A stretch of DNA of 32,000 nucleotides, taken from Candidatus Profftella armatura (GTDB lineage: Bacteria; Pseudomonadota; Gammaproteobacteria; Burkholderiales; Burkholderiaceae). Positions 27,744-32,000 of the stretch are shown piece by piece. Positions within the stretch are counted from its first letter, which is position 1; every line of letters starts with the position of its first letter. The stretch covers positions 60,001-92,000 of the forward strand of contig NC_021885.1 of NCBI RefSeq assembly GCF_000441555.1, read 5' to 3'. The notes beneath the pieces are model-generated. The model was not told where the DNA came from. It ran no database searches and saw only the letters and a program-made list of their open reading frames with translations. The translations under genes were made by a program, and so were the position numbers.

Positions 27744-29087
27744 ATGAAACCTGTTCTTGTTTTAGTTGGTCGTCCTAATGTTGGTAAATCAACTTTATTT
27801 AATCGTTTAACTAATTCTAGAGATGCTCTTGTAGCTAATTATCCTGGATTAACACGTGATCGTCATTACGGAGAGGGATATATAGGTAAAAAATCATTTA
27901 TTATTATTGATACCGGAGGATTTGAACCAGAAGTAAAAAAAGGTATTATGCATGAGATGACCAAACAAACTAAACAGGCAATAATTGAATCAGATATTAT
28001 AATTTTTATTGTTGATGGTAGACAGGGTTTAGTTGAGCAAGATAAATTAATTACTAATTTTTTACGAAAATCTGGTCAACCAATTGTATTGGTAATCAAT
28101 AAATCTGAAAATATTAATTCTTCTATATCTTTAGATTTTTATGAGCTAGGCATTGGTAATCCTCATATAATATCTGCGTTATATGGGAATGGTATTAAAA
28201 ATTTTCTAGAAAATATATTGACTATAGAACTTCCTTATAAAAAATTTTTTAAAAAAAAAGAATTTACTAATATTCATTCTATTGAATATATTAAAGTTGC
28301 TATCGTAGGTAAACCAAATGTAGGAAAATCTACATTAATTAATTCATTATTAGGAGAAAATCGAGTAATTACTTATGATACACCTGGAACTACTCGTGAT
28401 TCAATAAAATCATTATTTGAATATAATAATAAAAAATATATATTAATTGATACAGCTGGAATTCGACGTCGAAATAAAACTTTTGAAGTTATTGAAAAAT
28501 TTTCTGTTATTAAAACATTAAAATCAATTTTAGAGGCAAATGTAGTAATATTACTTTTAGATGCACAACAAAATATTTCTGCACAAGATATAAATATTGC
28601 TAATTTTATATATGAATCTGGACGTTCATTAATAGTTTGTGTTAATAAATGGGATAGTATTATTCATAATCAACGTAAAATTATTAAAAATAATATAAAA
28701 AAAAAATTAAATTTTCTTTCATTTGCAATGTTTAATTTTATTTCTGCAATAAAATTAAATAACATTAATTCTTTTATGGAGTCAATTAATCATGTTTATG
28801 ATTCATCAATAATTCATCTTTCTACTTCAAGAATAACACGTGCACTTATTAGTGCAACTAAAAATCATCCCCCTTGTCGTAAAAAATTAATTCGTCCAAA
28901 ATTACGTTATGCGCATCAAGGAGGGAAAAACCCGCCTATTATAGTTATTCATGGAAATAGATTAAAGTATATTGGAAATGATTATAAACGTTATTTAGAG
29001 AAATATTTTTATAGAACTTTTTCTCTTATAGGTACTCCATTAAAAATAGAATTTCGATCAAATATAAATCCATATATTAAAATATAA
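27744..29087 (+). CDS. der: ribosome-associated GTPase Der/EngA
   Basis: 447 aa with two tandem GTPase domains and a KH-like C-terminal domain. Domain 1 has [14 protein letters not shown] and NKSE. Domain 2 has [17 protein letters not shown] and NKWD. Confidence 0.95.
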   Translation: MKPVLVLVGRPNVGKSTLFNRLTNSRDALVANYPGLTRDRHYGEGYIGKKSFIIIDTGGFEPEVKKGIMHEMTKQTKQAIIESDIIIFIVDGRQGLVEQDKLITNFLRKSGQPIVLVINKSENINSSISLDFYELGIGNPHIISALYGNGIKNFLENILTIELPYKKFFKKKEFTNIHSIEYIKVAIVGKPNVGKSTLINSLLGENRVITYDTPGTTRDSIKSLFEYNNKKYILIDTAGIRRRNKTFEVIEKFSVIKTLKSILEANVVILLLDAQQNISAQDINIANFIYESGRSLIVCVNKWDSIIHNQRKIIKNNIKKKLNFLSFAMFNFISAIKLNNINSFMESINHVYDSSIIHLSTSRITRALISATKNHPPCRKKLIRPKLRYAHQGGKNPPIIVIHGNRLKYIGNDYKRYLEKYFYRTFSLIGTPLKIEFRSNINPYIKI

Positions 29088-29324
29088 AACATAAATAAGT
29101 TTATAATATAAATATATTTTTCTGTATTTAAAACAAAAGTATAATGTCAAAGTAAAAAATATACTATATAATCTTGTTAGTTGTTTTTTCATAGTTTTTT
29201 TCATCTAATACTAAAAATAATTTAAAAATCTTTAAAATAATAGATTACATAAAATAATATTTATTAAATTAATTATTAAAAATTAGTTTTTTAAAATTTA
29301 AATTAACTTTATATTAAATAATAA

Positions 29325-29951
29325 ATGAATATTTTAAAAAAATATATTAAACCAAATGTAGATATGATTGGTTTAATACCAATGGTTATTGAAAAAAATG
29401 GACAAGGAGAACGTTCTTATGATATTTATTCACGTTTATTAAAAGAACGTATAATTTTTTTAGTAGGTGTAATTAATGATTTATCTGCTAACTTAATTAT
29501 AGCGCAAATGTTATTTTTAGAGAGCGAAAATCCAAATAAAGATATTTTTCTTTACATTAATTCCCCAGGAGGATCAGTATCTTCTGGTATGGCTATTTTT
29601 GACACAATGCAGTTTATTAAACCGAATGTTTCTACGTTGTGTATTGGTTTAGCTGCTTCAATGGGAGCATTTTTATTAGCATCAGGAACAAAAGGTAAAC
29701 GTTTTTCTTTACCGAATTCACGAATTATGATTCATCAACCATTAGGGGGGGCGCAAGGTCAAGCATCAGATATTGAAATTCAAGCACGTGAAATACTTTA
29801 TCTTCGTCAACGTTTAAATGAAATTTTATCTGAAAAAACAGGTCATTCTGTAAAAAAAATTAGTCAAGATACTGATCGCGATAATTTTATGTCCGCAAAA
29901 ATGGCCATGGAATATTGCTTAATTGATAAAATTTTAAAACAAAGAAAATAA
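29325..29951 (+). CDS. clpP: ATP-dependent Clp protease proteolytic subunit
   Basis: 208 aa with the motif [19 protein letters not shown] and the catalytic triad contexts GLAASMGA (Ser), MIHQPLGG (His) and DTDRDNFM (Asp). An alternative internal ATG lies at 29364. Confidence 0.96.
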   Translation: MNILKKYIKPNVDMIGLIPMVIEKNGQGERSYDIYSRLLKERIIFLVGVINDLSANLIIAQMLFLESENPNKDIFLYINSPGGSVSSGMAIFDTMQFIKPNVSTLCIGLAASMGAFLLASGTKGKRFSLPNSRIMIHQPLGGAQGQASDIEIQAREILYLRQRLNEILSEKTGHSVKKISQDTDRDNFMSAKMAMEYCLIDKILKQRK

Positions 29952-29955
29952 TTAT

Positions 29956-31227
29956 ATGTCTGAAAAAAAAAATTCAAATAATAGAGATTTTTCATTTTGT
30001 TCTTTTTGTAATCGACATAAAGATGAAGTAAAAAAAATAATGTATGGACCTTTTATGTCAATTTGTAATAAATGCATTAAATCATGTAATAAAATTATGT
30101 ATAATGATGATATTTTTGTAAATCCAAATTTTGAAACTAAATTAAATTTATTGAAACCAAAAGAAATAAATAATTTTTTAAATAAATATGTAATTGGACA
30201 AGAAAAAGCAAAACGAGTTTTATCTGTGGCCGTATATAATCATTATAAACGTATTCAATATTTTTTAAATAAAAATAATAAAGATGATGTTGAATTATCT
30301 AAAAGTAATATATTAATGATTGGTTCTACTGGATCTGGTAAAACTTTATTAGCGCAAACATTGGCTCGTATGCTAAATGTTCCATTTGTTATTGCAGATG
30401 CTACAACATTAACAGAAGCTGGTTATGTTGGTGAAGATGTAGAGAATATTATACAAAAATTATTACAAAGTTGTAATTATAACGTTGAAAAAGCACAAAA
30501 AGGAATTATATATATTGATGAAATTGATAAAATTTCTCGTAAATCAGAAAATCCATCTATTACACGAGATGTTTCTGGAGAAGGAGTACAGCAAGCATTA
30601 TTAAAATTAATTGAGGGGACAATAGCATCTGTACCTCCCGCGGGAGGTCGCAAACATCCAGATCAAGATTTTATACAAGTTGATACAACTAATATTATGT
30701 TTATTTGTGGAGGAGCGTTTAATGGGTTAGATCAAATTATTTTAGAACGTTCTCAAAAAACGAGTATTGGATTTTCTGCGAAAATAATAGACGATCATGA
30801 TAAAAAAATATTAAATCCAGAACCGGAAGATCTAATTAAATTTGGTCTTATCCCGGAATTAATTGGGCGATTGCCAATAGTTATTACTTTACATGAACTT
30901 GATGAATCAGTTTTAAAAAAGATTTTATTAGAACCTAAAAATGCGTTAATTAAACAATATTCAAAATTATTAGAAATGGAAAATGTAAAATTAGAAATTA
31001 AGCCAAAAGCTTTAAATTTTATTGTTAAAAAAGCTTTTACGAGAAATTTAGGGGCTCGTGGTTTACGATCAATATTAGAGGAAATTTTGCTTAATGTAAT
31101 GTATGAACTACCAAATAAAAAAAATGTTAAAAAAATAATTATTGATGAAGATTCAATTACTAATAAAACTAAATTATCAATAATTTATCATGATTCAAAT
31201 GATTCAAATAAGATATCTATTAAATAA
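29956..31227 (+). CDS. clpX: ATP-dependent Clp protease ATP-binding subunit ClpX
   Basis: 423 aa with the N-terminal C4 zinc-binding domain (CSFC...CNKC), Walker A GSTGSGKT, Walker [10 protein letters not shown], the pore loop GYVGEDV and the ClpP-docking motif [10 protein letters not shown]. It starts 4 nt after the clpP stop. Confidence 0.97.
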   Translation: MSEKKNSNNRDFSFCSFCNRHKDEVKKIMYGPFMSICNKCIKSCNKIMYNDDIFVNPNFETKLNLLKPKEINNFLNKYVIGQEKAKRVLSVAVYNHYKRIQYFLNKNNKDDVELSKSNILMIGSTGSGKTLLAQTLARMLNVPFVIADATTLTEAGYVGEDVENIIQKLLQSCNYNVEKAQKGIIYIDEIDKISRKSENPSITRDVSGEGVQQALLKLIEGTIASVPPAGGRKHPDQDFIQVDTTNIMFICGGAFNGLDQIILERSQKTSIGFSAKIIDDHDKKILNPEPEDLIKFGLIPELIGRLPIVITLHELDESVLKKILLEPKNALIKQYSKLLEMENVKLEIKPKALNFIVKKAFTRNLGARGLRSILEEILLNVMYELPNKKNVKKIIIDEDSITNKTKLSIIYHDSNDSNKISIK

Positions 31228-31430
31228 TTTATATTATAATAATAATTAATTATATTTATAATATATATTATTATTTTTATTATTTGTTACAGATAACTAT
31301 TTTCAGTTAATCATTATAAAAAAATTTTACAAAATAATATAAATTTATATAGATTAAAATTTAAATTAAAAATTAAGAAATATTAAATTAATGGAAAATA
31401 TTGTTAATAATTTTTTAAAAGATTTATTTT

Positions 31431-32000
31431 ATGACAAATTCTGAATCATCTAATGAGTATTTACAATTACCTTTATTGGTATTACATGATATCGTGATAT
31501 TTCCTTATATGGTAATGTCTTTATTTGTGAATCGTCTCAAATCCAAAAAAGCATTAGAAGCAGCAATAAAATCTAATGAAACAATAATACTTTCAACGCG
31601 AAAAAATTTTTTCACAAATGATCCATCTGTTAATGATATTTATAAAGTTGGTTGTGTAGTTAATATTTTACAAGTTATTAAATTACCAGATGGTAATATT
31701 AAAATATTAATAGAAGGAGTTCAAAGGGTAAAAATTCATTTTATAGATGAATTAAATTATTACATTGCTAATATAACACCTATGACTGATTCTAATACTA
31801 TTAGTACATCAGAAAACGAGGCAATGCGACGTACAATTATTCAAGAATTTGATAAATACTTAAAATTAAACAAAAAACTTTCTCCTGAAATTTTAAAAAT
31901 ATTAATTAATATAAGTGATCCAAGTTTATTAATTGATACTATTATAGCTCATTTACCATTAAGGGTTGAACAAAAACAATTTATATTAGAAACTCCAGGA
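31431..32000 (+). CDS. lon: Lon protease, N-terminal 190 codons (3' end outside window)
   Basis: It is absent from the ORF track because it has no stop in the window. From ATG 31431 the frame is open to position 32000 and encodes MTNSESSNEYLQLPLLVLHDIVIFPYMVMSLFVNRLKSKKALEAA...KLPDGNIKILIEGVQRVKI..., a typical Lon N-terminal (LON substrate-binding) domain. It sits in the canonical position after clpP-clpX. Confidence 0.9.
   Translation, partial: MTNSESSNEYLQLPLLVLHDIVIFPYMVMSLFVNRLKSKKALEAAIKSNETIILSTRKNFFTNDPSVNDIYKVGCVVNILQVIKLPDGNIKILIEGVQRVKIHFIDELNYYIANITPMTDSNTISTSENEAMRRTIIQEFDKYLKLNKKLSPEILKILINISDPSLLIDTIIAHLPLRVEQKQFILETPG

Noticed and set aside
28098-28109. The Der GTPase domain 1 G4 motif reads NKSE instead of the canonical NKxD.
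   Set aside because: I recall that NKxE occurs naturally in domain 1 of some Der/EngA orthologs (for example Thermotoga), though I cannot verify this here. Domain 2 has canonical NKWD. This is probably tolerated family variation rather than loss of function.
29173-29195. CTTGTT...CATAG upstream of clpP as a possible sigma-32 heat-shock promoter (consensus CTTGAA-N13-15-CCCCATNT).
   Set aside because: Aligning CAT with the -10 element leaves a spacer of only about 8 nt, and the C-rich part of the -10 is absent. It is not a credible match.
29058-29204. A 48-codon minus-strand ORF ([48 protein letters not shown]) in the der-clpP spacer, with a signal-peptide-like N-terminus.
   Set aside because: It has no SD and overlaps the der 3' end. 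Its F/Y/I/K/L composition is what A/T-rich noncoding DNA yields when translated, and it has no recognisable family. It would need conservation or expression data before being called.
31391-31444. A 17-codon upstream ORF (MENIVNNFLKDLFYDKF) overlapping the lon ATG out of frame, a possible leader peptide or translational coupling device.
   Set aside because: It is very short, has no clear SD and no amino-acid bias suggestive of an attenuator. Such ORFs are expected by chance, so I only note that lon itself also lacks an obvious SD.
1-32000. I searched for tRNA/rRNA/tmRNA-like G+C-rich segments, CRISPR-like spaced repeats, IS/transposase or integrase genes, phage genes, toxin-antitoxin pairs, defence systems and alternative genetic code usage.
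   Set aside because: None was found. Every spacer apart from 17845-17893 is featureless A/T-rich DNA of 237 bp or less. All long ORFs are recognisable housekeeping genes, and protein lengths are normal under the standard bacterial code.

Overview
This window is very AT-rich (by eye well under 30% G+C; not computed) and densely packed with core housekeeping genes. There are 25 recognisable protein genes, 23 on the + strand, and intergenic spacers are mostly under 150 bp. Gene order: topB (5' end outside window), thrS-infC-rpmI-rplT-pheS-pheT, then convergent acnA and mdh on the - strand. Next come sdhC-sdhD-sdhA-sdhB-gltA-sucA-sucB-lpdA-zapE, ndk-rlmN-hisS-der, and clpP-clpX-lon (3' end outside window). 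Two points match Burkholderiales-type Betaproteobacteria rather than Gammaproteobacteria: the co-oriented sdhCDAB-gltA-sucAB-lpd-zapE synteny and the LDH-like 329-aa Mdh. With the extreme AT bias and tight packing, this suggests a reduced-genome betaproteobacterial endosymbiont, possibly something like Ca. Kinetoplastibacterium. That identification is inference only and cannot be verified here. I found no tRNA, rRNA, CRISPR array, IS/transposon, phage, toxin-antitoxin or defence genes, and I do not see a novel multi-gene system. The most unusual element is a G+C-containing cluster of tandem palindromic repeats in the gltA-sucA spacer. It holds five copies of the heptamer TACTGGG/CCCAGTA and can fold into several mutually exclusive hairpins. 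Other observations: clean deletion footprints inside normally conserved gene blocks; a convergent gene pair whose stops are 3 bp apart; retention of the ATT start codon of infC; start-codon corrections for rpmI, ndk, sdhC and zapE; many in-frame poly(A) tracts of 10-13 nt; and TAA as the stop in all 24 CDS whose 3' ends lie in the window.
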